Sequence record: NC_016571.1
DNA length: 64,000 nt
Direction: 5' to 3' (one strand)
Numbering within the stretch: position 1 is the stretch's first letter; every line of letters begins with the position of its first letter. The notes under the pieces are model-generated. The model saw nothing but the letters and a program-made list of their open reading frames with translations, searched no databases and was not told the DNA's origin. The translations under genes were made by a program, and so were the position numbers. Positions 54,346 to 64,000 of the stretch are shown one piece after another.

Positions 54346-55869
54346 TTATGAGTCAATACCGACCTGTATTATCACATCTTGAGCAGGTCCGTTGTTCTCA
54401 CTCTCTTTAAAATTCAGTTGAGCGAGGTATGCGAGGAACCCTGTCGTGGGTATGTTAAACAATCCCATGGTCCTTATCCTGTATGGATCGCTCCACGGAA
54501 CATCGAGGAATACTGTTGCACCACTCGATGTATTAATGCTCCCAGAACCCGTTATCGGAGTTGGGCTTCCGTTCTTCGTTCTCTTCTGGTTTACAGTAAT
54601 CTGTAAAGAAGCAGACGTTGCACCCTTAGGAACATTGGCTGGGGTTACTACTGTACTCAATGGCTCAGGGGTGAAATTAACCACCACAGGGTTAAGGGTA
54701 TATTCCTTATTACCGGATTTAACCTTGAACACCACGCTGATTTTACCACCTGCAAATTTAGAGGAATAATCAAACGCATATACCCCTGAAGCAGGTGTAA
54801 CGGGATTCAGCCGTGTAGCAATGGAATCATAAACGTTTGTGTTCCCACTGACTACAGGTGTTGTCACAGCGGAAACAAATGTGACATCAGTAGCAGGAAC
54901 CCCATCTTGATCTACGATGGTTATCTTTCGTTCACCTACGGTGAACGTGTTCAGGCTTCCAGATTCTAATGTCGCTGATAATGTTCTCACAACTTGCTTA
55001 GCGATGTTGTAAGTAATGGTGGATGTTAGATTCCAAGTAACCCCTAGAACGGTATACTCGTAACTAAAAGTGACTTCTCTAGAAACAGCTTCGACGGAAT
55101 CATTAATCACCTCCCAAGCTCCAGTCTCTGGGGTAAAGTTAATATACTCGTCTGAAGCAGTTATGTTTTTAGCAGAAGCAGTTACGTTGGTTCCATTGTA
55201 GTTAGTTAAGACTAATGGGAAAGCTCCAGTATCCCCTAGTTTAACATCTATGGAAGATGGTGTTGCTGTTAAAACGGGCGGTAGTACAAATGTGTAAACA
55301 ACGGTTAATTGAGCATCGTAATAATTGAACTTCAGATTCCCACTGATACTCTCACCGGGATTAGGGTTAAAGTCAGGAGAGATTTTAAACTTAAGTTCTG
55401 ACGCGGTTTTGCCAGTGATATTAATGATACCGGAAGAATCGACTATTCCTAAGTCAAGACTATTGAGGTCTATTCTTTCCGTACCGTTCCAAAGAGTAAA
55501 CGGAATGGTGTATTCAACTGCTTTATCAAATCTCTCTATGGGTTCGGTAGAATCCATTTTAAAATCTGGCGGAGAAACCTCAACCTCTATACTGAGCGTT
55601 GATATGTCTTCACCCTCGACACCTTCCTCATGCCCGTCATATCCAAATGGGACCACTATCGTGTTGGTGCCAGTCGCGATACCCTTTATATGAAGATCTA
55701 TGTGTTTACCATCTTCGTTTATATCACCACCCGCGCCTTCGACGAGATCTTTGAAATCGACTTGGTCGTTGAGTGTCATAGTCTTATCTACAGCGTTCTT
55801 ACCCTCAAACAAAGCAGTAACTTGGAACATTACTGTTTGCCCTTGCAACAATGTTACTTTATTAGCCAT
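54346..55869 (-). CDS. Ig-like domain structural/surface protein
   Basis: 507 aa, T/V/G/P-rich beta-strands; DQDGVPAT and SGVYAF Big-1-like motifs; GAGGA SD. Confidence 0.65.
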   Translation of the reverse strand: MANKVTLLQGQTVMFQVTALFEGKNAVDKTMTLNDQVDFKDLVEGAGGDINEDGKHIDLHIKGIATGTNTIVVPFGYDGHEEGVEGEDISTLSIEVEVSPPDFKMDSTEPIERFDKAVEYTIPFTLWNGTERIDLNSLDLGIVDSSGIINITGKTASELKFKISPDFNPNPGESISGNLKFNYYDAQLTVVYTFVLPPVLTATPSSIDVKLGDTGAFPLVLTNYNGTNVTASAKNITASDEYINFTPETGAWEVINDSVEAVSREVTFSYEYTVLGVTWNLTSTITYNIAKQVVRTLSATLESGSLNTFTVGERKITIVDQDGVPATDVTFVSAVTTPVVSGNTNVYDSIATRLNPVTPASGVYAFDYSSKFAGGKISVVFKVKSGNKEYTLNPVVVNFTPEPLSTVVTPANVPKGATSASLQITVNQKRTKNGSPTPITGSGSINTSSGATVFLDVPWSDPYRIRTMGLFNIPTTGFLAYLAQLNFKESENNGPAQDVIIQVGIDS

Positions 55870-55933
55870 GGCGATTTCCTCGTTATGACTCCTGTGATAT
55901 ATCTCCGAAATAATGGGGACATAAAATCCTAAT

Positions 55934-55963
55934 AGGAGTATCTCCCAGATGGGAGATACTCCT
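55934..55963. terminator. Perfect 13-bp hairpin between - strand genes
   Basis: AGGAGTATCTCCC agat GGGAGATACTCCT. Confidence 0.65.
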
Positions 55964-55971
55964 TAGTTATA

Positions 55972-56664
55972 TTACTGTACGAACTGAACGTCGAAGCGAT
56001 TAGTCGGAATTGACCCATCGTTAATGTTGGTGTTCAGAACAACATCTGCACGCAGGGTGTAATCAACACCATCGTGATTACCAACTACCAGCAGTTTAGC
56101 GGTTGCCGTAACAACTTCAGTAGTGGATGATGCGATAGATTTAAACGCAAAGTTACCTTCACCAACCACACCGCTGAACTCAAACTTATCCATAATTGCA
56201 TCTGGATCGACACTAACGCCGGTGATGGTGTTGGATATATCGTTCTCAGCTTCGCCTTCACCTTTAACAACTTTAAAGGTCAGAGGTTTACTTTCCCAAA
56301 GATCCATGGTAAGTGGAGTGGTAACATCGATCAAGCGAGCCAGAGGGGCGGCTGCGGTGATCGTAAGTGCTATGGTCTTCGTACTTTTACCATAGCCTTC
56401 CACATCGGAGTTAACCCCAGCATCAGCATATTTGAATACCACTGTTGCTTCTTGGGTACCTTCCAGTACACCAGTAAGTGGTACGTCAACAACACCAGCA
56501 CCGCCATCAACGAGAGCACCGATAGTAACCAGACCCTTGAGGTCAGAAGCATCGGAATCAACACTGATCTTATTCAGGGCAAATGTTTTCCCTTCAAAGG
56601 TAGGTTTGATTTGAAGAGATGCAACTGCTCCCACTTCCAATGTAAAGTCTTTGTCGGCCATCAT
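55972..56664 (-). CDS. Two-module Ig-like protein
   Basis: 230 aa; N-module like 54346-55869, C-module like the end of 56698-59517; CAGGAG SD. Confidence 0.65.
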   Translation of the reverse strand: MMADKDFTLEVGAVASLQIKPTFEGKTFALNKISVDSDASDLKGLVTIGALVDGGAGVVDVPLTGVLEGTQEATVVFKYADAGVNSDVEGYGKSTKTIALTITAAAPLARLIDVTTPLTMDLWESKPLTFKVVKGEGEAENDISNTITGVSVDPDAIMDKFEFSGVVGEGNFAFKSIASSTTEVVTATAKLLVVGNHDGVDYTLRADVVLNTNINDGSIPTNRFDVQFVQ

Positions 56665-56674
56665 TTTCTCCTGT

Positions 56675-56692
56675 TAGGGACCGAAGTCCCTA
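56675..56692 (-). promoter_or_regulatory. Intercistronic c(UUCG)g hairpin on the - strand
   Basis: The - strand reads TAGGGAC ttcg GTCCCTA, just upstream of the SD. Confidence 0.6.
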
Positions 56693-56697
56693 TTGTT

Positions 56698-59517
56698 TTA
56701 AAGGAACTCAATATTAAAACGAGTAGTAGGAATACCACCCGAGTTAGGACGAGTACTCAATTTCACCTCTGCGGGGAGATCGAATACATTACCTTCATGT
56801 GTAACCTTGAACATCAGTGAAGCATAGTTAACCTGCCATTTAACCGGGTCGGCTTTAACAGATTTGAAGCCCCATGATGTATCAGAGATTTTCACAAACT
56901 CAAACTGCTGTGAAATTTCAGATGCGTTAACACAAGTAATCTCAGTCAGTTCAGAGGTAATATCTTGGTCACCTGCTTTAATACTAAATACTAAAGGCGC
57001 GGTATCCCAAAGGTCCATCTCATAACTTCCAGTCAATCCTTCTAAATGAGGACCGGTGGAGTTACCGATGGTGTACTTAATCTGAACGTTATCAGACCAC
57101 TTCATCGCCTGTTCTGGAATACGGAAGGAGAATCTGAATTCACCAGTTGCGGTAGTCTCAGGGTCCTTCTTAATAGTCCAGGTACCATCAGGCGAAACAT
57201 CAATATAGTCGTTAGGTGTTACCGACCACTCAACGGTAGCGTCTGTCAGGTCAAGACCAGGAGTCATCCTGGAAGTCACTTTAACAGGAACCTTACCGCT
57301 GTCGCCATTAACCCCAGTGATTTCACCAATCACTTCAACAGTCGGTGATGGGTTAGTCGTTTGGTGAGAAACTTTCACATCGAAGCTAACAGTACGTTCA
57401 TGATAGGTAATCGTAAAGTTAGTGATTCTCGTGTTCATCCCCTGGTCAGGAACCCACAAGGATTTAATCGTGAACCCACCTTCGATATTCTTAACAATCT
57501 CCACTTCATCCGGTTTGTTTGTCGTAACAACTAAACCATCGGAAAACATACTGATTGTATCTGTCTCTGATGTCAGTTTAAGGGTGATGTCAACCTGGTC
57601 TCCGGTTTTAACGTAAACCTGAGGAATAACATCGTCTACAGTTAAACTACCCAAACAAACTACTGACGTTTTGACTTCTACACGGTCTTCACCAATAACA
57701 CCTGTTGGGCTTCCGCCATCACGATAGAAGTTGAAAGTAATATCACCGTAGCGGTTATTCTGGAGACCTTCTACAACTACGTCATAGCTTCCATTGTCCC
57801 CAGGACCCTGACCGACAATGCTAACATGACTAGGGACTGTTGAAGTTGGCTCATCAAGATGGATAGGAATGTCAGTTCCTTCACCATTTATCGTTGGGTA
57901 GAAATTAAGCGTTTTCTGCTCACCCACTCTGAGGTTAACCTTGCTATTCCCAATCACATCAAAGTTGACAGGAGGAATAACATTAACCTGACACATCACG
58001 TCGACCCATTGGACGATATTGCCTGTGGTGTTCCAGTCCTCATCAATGGTGAATTTGAATTGTCCCGATTCCCCAACATTGCTGGACTTAATTGTCCCAA
58101 CGTAAGTACCAGGCGCTCCTTCTTTAGGAACAAACTGAGTAATGATCTCAACACCCGGACCAGATTGTTGGAGAACCAACTCACCAACTACCGGCGCTGA
58201 AGAATTATTCAGTCGTTCTTGTTTAAGAGTAACTTCTACCTGGGTATCTTTATCTACGGTAATCGCGAGTGGTGTGACAGTAGATATGACCGCTTTACCT
58301 GGAGCACTGTAAGTCAGTGTATTCAAGGTGGTTTTGAAAGCACCCAAACTTACTTTAGGAGCAACAGTAAGTTCACATGCTACAGGACCTAAATCGACAG
58401 TCCAGTAATAACGACCAGGCGTACCCTCTACAGGGAAGAAGTTCCCACTGTCGCCCTGATTGGTACCAAACAGTGGCGTGACCTGAGCGTTTAATGAGCC
58501 GTCGTAGAGAAGACCAGAAACAGGAACATTATCCTGATCGACTACATCAAACTGAATGGTGTTCTTCTTAGAAGATTCCAGCTCAGTTGATCCGACAACC
58601 TTAGCAGTGAGGGTAATGGCTTTAACGTATTCGAATTCAAAACTGAACGGAACAGTTGGGTAAATAGATGCAGTACTGTCGTTGTTGTAAGTTCCACTGA
58701 CAGTAACTTTACCAACCTCACCAGTTGATTTAATACCGAAGCTATATGTACCAGGAGTTTCAGTATTGGTTATTTGCTGACCTAACGTCGCAGGACCTTC
58801 GAAACCAGTAATTCTAACTGTTCCCACAGCTGGGGAATTAGGATCACTCGAGATTGCTTTGGTTAAGGCAAGAGTGATATCAGTTACTTCATTCAGCACT
58901 GCTGGAGCTGAATTTGGTACTGGAGTTGCAACAACCAAGGTCCCAGGGTTATTAAAGACCATATCGTCCAGGACGTAGGAATCTGTCTTATCTGGAACGG
59001 TAACGGTGAGAGTTACCGTTATCGTACCGGTTGTTTCACCAGGAGTTACTACAATGTAGTAACGGCCAGGAGTGTTAGGGTCCTGGTATATCCCACTGCC
59101 GTAAGATGTTACGACCGATCCAGTTCTTGGGTTCGTCACAAGCTTGAAATCAACTTTAGTGGCGCCGATAACTGGATCACCATTACCATCTTTCAGAGTA
59201 AAGTAAAGCTGTACGCGCTCAAAGGGAGTAAGGTCTCCAGTTGTTTCCAACTCGTAGGTTAGGACGTACGTTTCGATATGCTTATGGGTTAATGATAAAG
59301 GAACAACAACACGATGCTTTCCTTTATATGTAAAAGTTAGGTTCGGTGTATAAACAGTATCCTGTTCCACATCACCGGTAAAGGAATACGTAATCGTATC
59401 CTCACCGATGTCGGAAATCTGGACCCCTGGGGTGGGGTCCAGTGTTATTACCATTTCAGGATCTTTGTTAGATATCACCGTACCATTAACACTAGCGGCT
59501 TGCTTAAGTGTTTTCAT
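56698..59517 (-). CDS. Multi-Ig-like domain structural/surface protein
   Basis: 939 aa with repeated PG(R/T)Y motifs and DxxGxPVxG Big-1-like starts; AAGGA SD. Confidence 0.65.
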   Translation of the reverse strand: MKTLKQAASVNGTVISNKDPEMVITLDPTPGVQISDIGEDTITYSFTGDVEQDTVYTPNLTFTYKGKHRVVVPLSLTHKHIETYVLTYELETTGDLTPFERVQLYFTLKDGNGDPVIGATKVDFKLVTNPRTGSVVTSYGSGIYQDPNTPGRYYIVVTPGETTGTITVTLTVTVPDKTDSYVLDDMVFNNPGTLVVATPVPNSAPAVLNEVTDITLALTKAISSDPNSPAVGTVRITGFEGPATLGQQITNTETPGTYSFGIKSTGEVGKVTVSGTYNNDSTASIYPTVPFSFEFEYVKAITLTAKVVGSTELESSKKNTIQFDVVDQDNVPVSGLLYDGSLNAQVTPLFGTNQGDSGNFFPVEGTPGRYYWTVDLGPVACELTVAPKVSLGAFKTTLNTLTYSAPGKAVISTVTPLAITVDKDTQVEVTLKQERLNNSSAPVVGELVLQQSGPGVEIITQFVPKEGAPGTYVGTIKSSNVGESGQFKFTIDEDWNTTGNIVQWVDVMCQVNVIPPVNFDVIGNSKVNLRVGEQKTLNFYPTINGEGTDIPIHLDEPTSTVPSHVSIVGQGPGDNGSYDVVVEGLQNNRYGDITFNFYRDGGSPTGVIGEDRVEVKTSVVCLGSLTVDDVIPQVYVKTGDQVDITLKLTSETDTISMFSDGLVVTTNKPDEVEIVKNIEGGFTIKSLWVPDQGMNTRITNFTITYHERTVSFDVKVSHQTTNPSPTVEVIGEITGVNGDSGKVPVKVTSRMTPGLDLTDATVEWSVTPNDYIDVSPDGTWTIKKDPETTATGEFRFSFRIPEQAMKWSDNVQIKYTIGNSTGPHLEGLTGSYEMDLWDTAPLVFSIKAGDQDITSELTEITCVNASEISQQFEFVKISDTSWGFKSVKADPVKWQVNYASLMFKVTHEGNVFDLPAEVKLSTRPNSGGIPTTRFNIEFL

Positions 59518-59536
59518 GGTGACGATTTAATCCTTA

Positions 59537-62500
59537 TTAACTTGGGAGGACGGAACTCTGAGTTAAGGTTAAAGGATGGTCCTTATCGCCTTCACCAGAA
59601 GTTTGGAATCCTTCCGAGAGTACCAGAGCAACTGATGTACTTTGTTGTGTCACTGTTAATGGACGATTCACCACTTGCGCGGCATTAGTACCAATCTTCA
59701 TGCTATAATCAATAGAGGTTTGAACGACAGTTTCATCGAATACTTCCCCTTTGAATCTAACTTTGAAGCTCGTTGGGGTTAGAGAATTAGGAACCATTTC
59801 GATAGCTGCATTATCTTTAACAGTTACCGATACGACTCCATTATTATTGGTAGTTGAATTATCCAGAGTTAATGGGGAAGAGCCATAACGCATGTCAGCG
59901 TGAATTTCAATCTCATCACCAAAGACACCGGTGATGGCTGTTTCGGTCTGATTAACGTTAGTGGTGTTAGCGGTAAACGTAGTGATAGGGATGGTCAACA
60001 CTGCGTAATCCACACCTTCCACTGAACCCGTTGCACCCGTTCTGGTGAAGGATATGATATTTGGGATAGCTACTGAGTTGCCTGGCTGTATTGGGCAGTC
60101 GTATAACTTAGTGTCACCCATGAAGTTCACACCTTCAATGGATTTGATATTGCCAGCCACCAGAATTTCCTTAACGGTAAATCCAGGGTTGCTAGATATC
60201 TTCTCACCTCTGTACCAGCCACTGACATTTATCCTTGCTGTTCCGCCTGCGGCCACAGTAACGTCACCACGAGGTGTGCCCGGGTTCATCAATTTAAGAA
60301 TGAACTCGGCACCGTCGTATTCAGCAATATTAAAGGTACCCGATGCATTACGAACAACACTATCGCCAGTGAGCTGATAAGTGAAGTCGGTAAGAACGGA
60401 AGTAGCCGGAATCTCAGTCGAGGAAGTGATTAACCAACCCGCATCTTTCTGAACAACATGGTCATTAGGAACAACCTTCAGATTAGTTACACGGCTAGTA
60501 AGATCAGTGGTTCCTTCCATTACTTTAAATGGAGGGGTGGTTCCAAAATCCCAAACTTTAACGCCCACAGGTGCATCAGTTACAGTAAGGTTATACTCTC
60601 TAACGACTGGAGCGGTTACTGTGAATGGATACTTCCAATTACCCTCATCAGTAATCGTCCCTGTGATCACTGCGTTCCCACTTGTCACCAGATCAAGGAT
60701 GATCCCGTAATATCCATTCTCATCCAATGCCAGTAACCCGGCGTTACTACCACCTGTTACAGTAATTCCACTGAGAGTCCCATTAGGGAACGTATACGGT
60801 GCTTCCACCCCATAGCGTTTCTGATCAAGTTTGAACTTGACCGTTACCTGATGGTTTTCATCTGCGGTGTAAGAAGGTGCATCTAACGTAGGTGTGACTG
60901 GAGATTTAGGTACGACAATGGTCGTATCCAATGACACTCTACCGCCTGAGTTTGGAGAGGTAACGGCACCTTTCAAGTTTAAGGTGTCTCCAGTATGCCC
61001 TGCGGTAAATTTCAATATCAGTCCATCAGCATCGTCAGGGTCATTAATGACACTATAACCTTCAGAAGCAATCATCGCATTACCATTACTCGGAGCCGGT
61101 ATAAGTTTAGGGTTATACACTACAGGTGTTGTTAATGCGGTAGAACCAACCCGTAGTTTGAACTTAAGCTCATTCTGAGTTGCCGGTGTGGCAGTAACTG
61201 TTTCAGATGTTACAGCTATCCCTAAATTTCCTGATGTGGCATAAACCCAGAAGTTAGAGTCGGTAGCTGGAGGCGGTGATGGTGTCCAATCCTTACTACC
61301 TTCAGGGGTACTATAGTACGCTCTAATCGGGTTGAAATACCCCTCAGTCCCTCCGAGGGTTGGTCTGGTGATTCTACCCCATACAGTGGTTCCTGTTCCA
61401 CCCACCCATTCCCAGGCTATGTTACCATTGGTGTTACCGGTCGCCTGACCAAAAATACTGTACATCGTAAGTTTGGTGTCTTCTAGCGGGATTCTAACAC
61501 CGTTAAGAATTGCGTAGACTATCGCTGCCGGACCAGTCCTTGATCCGCTCCTCATGTATGTAACTTCGTTTTGCCGACCAGTGAAACACCAACCAACGTT
61601 ATACATGCTGAGATAGTCACCGTTAATGAATCCAAGATCGGATGACCTGGTAACAACATCTTTACCTTCAACTGTTCCCGGAGTACCCTTAACCTTATAC
61701 TTAACACCAGTGAGTGTTAAAGGCGTTGCCTGCTTATTAGGTGATGCATGAGTAGCTCTAGCCCTAAGCGTTATTGTCAGTGTTTTATTATCTTCGGAGG
61801 CTTCTTGTTTAACTAAGGTAGTGTATCCACCCAAGGTTCCGCCAAGATCTGACAATTCAACTTTATCTGCGGCAGGTTTGCCTTTATATATAGGATAAAC
61901 TATAAAGGTTGTATCCTGAGCGATGGAGGCTCCGATCACCTCAGTAGGTTTAATGATTTCTAAAGTGACCCCATTCCAAGCAGCCAACTTAAAGGTAGCA
62001 GTTACCTGAGAGGTGAACTCTTTACCATCAACCTCAAAGGTCAGGTTAAATGTGGTCTTAACGTCACGAGCCGTTGTTTCGGCTGTTTCAACATACCACA
62101 GTTTTCCACCTTCGGTATCCGCAGTGATGTAAGTGTTAGGGACCATCTCAACTTTCTTGAGTTTGTCACTAGCATCTTCGCCGGCTGCGTTGGTGATGGT
62201 AAATGGTAATTCATCACCAGACTGCCAGATAGAAGTGGAGATAGGTTTGTCGGTGTAAACCAGATCTTTAATCAGGTTAGGTTGAACAGTAACATTGATA
62301 TCCATGGTGTCAGATTTACCGCCATAAGTGACAGTCATCTTAACAGGATAGCTCGTTTCCTGAAGAACCTCTTTGATTATCTTACACGTTACATCGGTAT
62401 CAGTTAAGAAACCTTTGCGCTCCAGGATATCGGCCGGAGCAAACGTATAAGTGATCCCAGTTGTAGCTGGTTTCAGTTCAGCGCCATTCCAGGTCAACTG

Positions 62501-64000
62501 GATAGGGATGTTAACGTCTTTGGTTTCAACCCCAGTGACATCTTGAGATTCAGGTGTTACTGCAAGAACATCATCCCATACCTCAACTTCTGGTAACCAC
62601 GCATCCCAGTTTAGATGTTTGGTATTGGCAGGGTAGCCCCAGTTATTGGCGGCTTTAACCGCAATAGACGGGTGGTGGGTACCGACTGTCTTACCAACGA
62701 TATTGATACGGCGGCCTTCACTGAGACCATATGGCATTACTTCATAAAGAACACCACCATCCGCTCCATTGGAGTTGGATGGATCTGGAGGACTGAGTGT
62801 GTCACTAGTAGCATCTTTGCCGCGATCAGTAATGACCACATTCAACATGCTGTTCTGACCAACCTTAAGTCTGAGTTTCTCCCAACGATCGACAGAGTTC
62901 GCATGAGGGCTCATCTTGAAGGCAACACCATCCCAGGCCGGAAGGTTGAATGTACCTGTTCCACTGTAGTCAGTATTGACACCGTCCACCACTAACTTAA
63001 AGTTAAATGTAACCTGAGTGGATTTAGGTGCAGTGTCAGCATAAAGAACAGCCCATGCCTTTTTGTTCACAGCAGGGGAGGTATCTGGTTTAACATAATC
63101 GTTAGCCGTTACCTTAAGTTCCGTTATCTGGGAAGTTACATCTGTTCCAGCCAACGTCACTGTAAACGGAGGAACATCACCCATCTGCCACATCGCTACC
63201 GTAATTGGGTTGTCAGTGATGACAGGAACAATCTTACTTGCTCTGAGCTTAAACTCAACAACCTGAGTCTCCCCAATCGGATACTGAACTTTCATGGAAA
63301 CACTAACGTCTCCAAGTTCACCCATACCTTTAGCATTAAAGCTATAAGTACCGTCTTCCGTTTCCTTAACAGGAGAGGTGTCGGTGGTGAAGCCTTTACC
63401 TGTAACAGTAAGTTCGGTAATTTCAATGGCGTTAATAGGAGTGGTGACTGCTCCCTGTTCCTGGGTTAACTTAAAGATAACCTTAGTCACAGAGTTGTTA
63501 AAGTAGTTGATCTTATTATCAGTAGGTGTTGCTACAAATGGGGAAGCTTCAACAATAACTGGAGTAAAGGTTCCCGGTACTGAAGCGTAACCCGTACCTT
63601 CACCATTCTTACCTTGTTTTGGTGAGACCATTCCAACTATTTCAAATCGGAATTTCTTATACGGCATCACAGGTAGGTCGATTTGGACCACACCTTGCTG
63701 GTTAGCAGTATGCCCACCAAAGGTAATGTCTTCACCAATTTTAGCGTCAGTTGCTACATCATAGAGACGTCCAACAAGACCATCGGACTTAGCCCCATTA
63801 ACAGTCCACAGAGGACCTTCCCCATAAGTAGGTTGAGACAGTTTCAATCTCAAGGATTGCGCTACGTTAGGAGTTATAGGGTCAAGCAATTCCATTGGAA
63901 TAGAAGAAGGGGTTAATGCAAATACAGTAACACCACCTGCTATACCAATACTCGGATTATCGTCTACCGCGTAAGTGGCTTTCCATAAGAAACCAACATC
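59537..64000 (-). CDS. Very large multi-Ig-like/adhesin-like protein, 5'-truncated by the window edge
   Basis: The frame stays open for 35 codons upstream of ATG 63895 to base 64000 (DVGFLWKATYAVDD...), so the true start lies outside. Three W-x2-G-x3-PF modules. Confidence 0.7.
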   Translation of the reverse strand, partial: DVGFLWKATYAVDDNPSIGIAGGVTVFALTPSSIPMELLDPITPNVAQSLRLKLSQPTYGEGPLWTVNGAKSDGLVGRLYDVATDAKIGEDITFGGHTANQQGVVQIDLPVMPYKKFRFEIVGMVSPKQGKNGEGTGYASVPGTFTPVIVEASPFVATPTDNKINYFNNSVTKVIFKLTQEQGAVTTPINAIEITELTVTGKGFTTDTSPVKETEDGTYSFNAKGMGELGDVSVSMKVQYPIGETQVVEFKLRASKIVPVITDNPITVAMWQMGDVPPFTVTLAGTDVTSQITELKVTANDYVKPDTSPAVNKKAWAVLYADTAPKSTQVTFNFKLVVDGVNTDYSGTGTFNLPAWDGVAFKMSPHANSVDRWEKLRLKVGQNSMLNVVITDRGKDATSDTLSPPDPSNSNGADGGVLYEVMPYGLSEGRRINIVGKTVGTHHPSIAVKAANNWGYPANTKHLNWDAWLPEVEVWDDVLAVTPESQDVTGVETKDVNIPIQLTWNGAELKPATTGITYTFAPADILERKGFLTDTDVTCKIIKEVLQETSYPVKMTVTYGGKSDTMDINVTVQPNLIKDLVYTDKPISTSIWQSGDELPFTITNAAGEDASDKLKKVEMVPNTYITADTEGGKLWYVETAETTARDVKTTFNLTFEVDGKEFTSQVTATFKLAAWNGVTLEIIKPTEVIGASIAQDTTFIVYPIYKGKPAADKVELSDLGGTLGGYTTLVKQEASEDNKTLTITLRARATHASPNKQATPLTLTGVKYKVKGTPGTVEGKDVVTRSSDLGFINGDYLSMYNVGWCFTGRQNEVTYMRSGSRTGPAAIVYAILNGVRIPLEDTKLTMYSIFGQATGNTNGNIAWEWVGGTGTTVWGRITRPTLGGTEGYFNPIRAYYSTPEGSKDWTPSPPPATDSNFWVYATSGNLGIAVTSETVTATPATQNELKFKLRVGSTALTTPVVYNPKLIPAPSNGNAMIASEGYSVINDPDDADGLILKFTAGHTGDTLNLKGAVTSPNSGGRVSLDTTIVVPKSPVTPTLDAPSYTADENHQVTVKFKLDQKRYGVEAPYTFPNGTLSGITVTGGSNAGLLALDENGYYGIILDLVTSGNAVITGTITDEGNWKYPFTVTAPVVREYNLTVTDAPVGVKVWDFGTTPPFKVMEGTTDLTSRVTNLKVVPNDHVVQKDAGWLITSSTEIPATSVLTDFTYQLTGDSVVRNASGTFNIAEYDGAEFILKLMNPGTPRGDVTVAAGGTARINVSGWYRGEKISSNPGFTVKEILVAGNIKSIEGVNFMGDTKLYDCPIQPGNSVAIPNIISFTRTGATGSVEGVDYAVLTIPITTFTANTTNVNQTETAITGVFGDEIEIHADMRYGSSPLTLDNSTTNNNGVVSVTVKDNAAIEMVPNSLTPTSFKVRFKGEVFDETVVQTSIDYSMKIGTNAAQVVNRPLTVTQQSTSVALVLSEGFQTSGEGDKDHPLTLTQSSVLPS

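Noticed and set aside
54338-54347. T10 homopolymer as a phase-variation site
   Set aside because: It lies at the stop codon/terminator tail of convergent genes, so length changes would not alter a reading frame.
63683-63895. ATG 63895 as the start of the largest Ig-like protein
   Set aside because: No SD, and the frame stays open to the window edge, so the start is outside the window.
1-64000. tRNA, rRNA, IS or integrase genes
   Set aside because: No cloverleaf with a T-loop GTTCRA in an intergenic context and no transposase or recombinase motifs were found by eye; a tRNAscan-SE run would be needed to exclude tRNAs fully.

Overview
This window is a 64-kb segment of a large lytic phage genome of the phiKZ-like jumbo-myovirus type. 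A Rz/Rz1-type spanin pair and lipoproteins indicate a Gram-negative host. Layout: (1) 1-2.2 kb, RuvC resolvase and a lysis module (internally duplicated holin candidate facing overlapping i-/o-spanins). (2) 2.2-18.1 kb, tail/baseplate module with four paralogous fibre-like proteins, the last carrying about 21 DUF285/BspA-like repeats, plus a baseplate spike with a C-terminal HxH tip. (3) 18.1-29.3 kb, SbcC-like SMC ATPase, signal-peptide lytic transglycosylase, NAD-dependent DNA ligase and RNase H, interspersed with hypothetical genes. (4) 29.3-33.1 kb, two paralogous internal-head proteins with repeated G-x-E maturation motifs, the first fused to a P-loop NTPase. (5) 33.2-54.3 kb, a dense + strand accessory region: GIY-YIG nuclease plus two XRE-HTH genes, many small membrane proteins, a kinase-fold protein and a lipoprotein. 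It is preceded by copies of a shared promoter-like motif, and 15.3 kb of it is bracketed by an exact 38-bp inverted repeat. (6) 54.3-64 kb, a - strand cassette of four modular Ig-like proteins, the last running off the window edge. Three genes appear broken by single-base frameshifts in short homopolymers. No tRNA, rRNA, CRISPR array, transposase or integrase was seen. All family assignments come from motifs recognised by eye; no database search was run.
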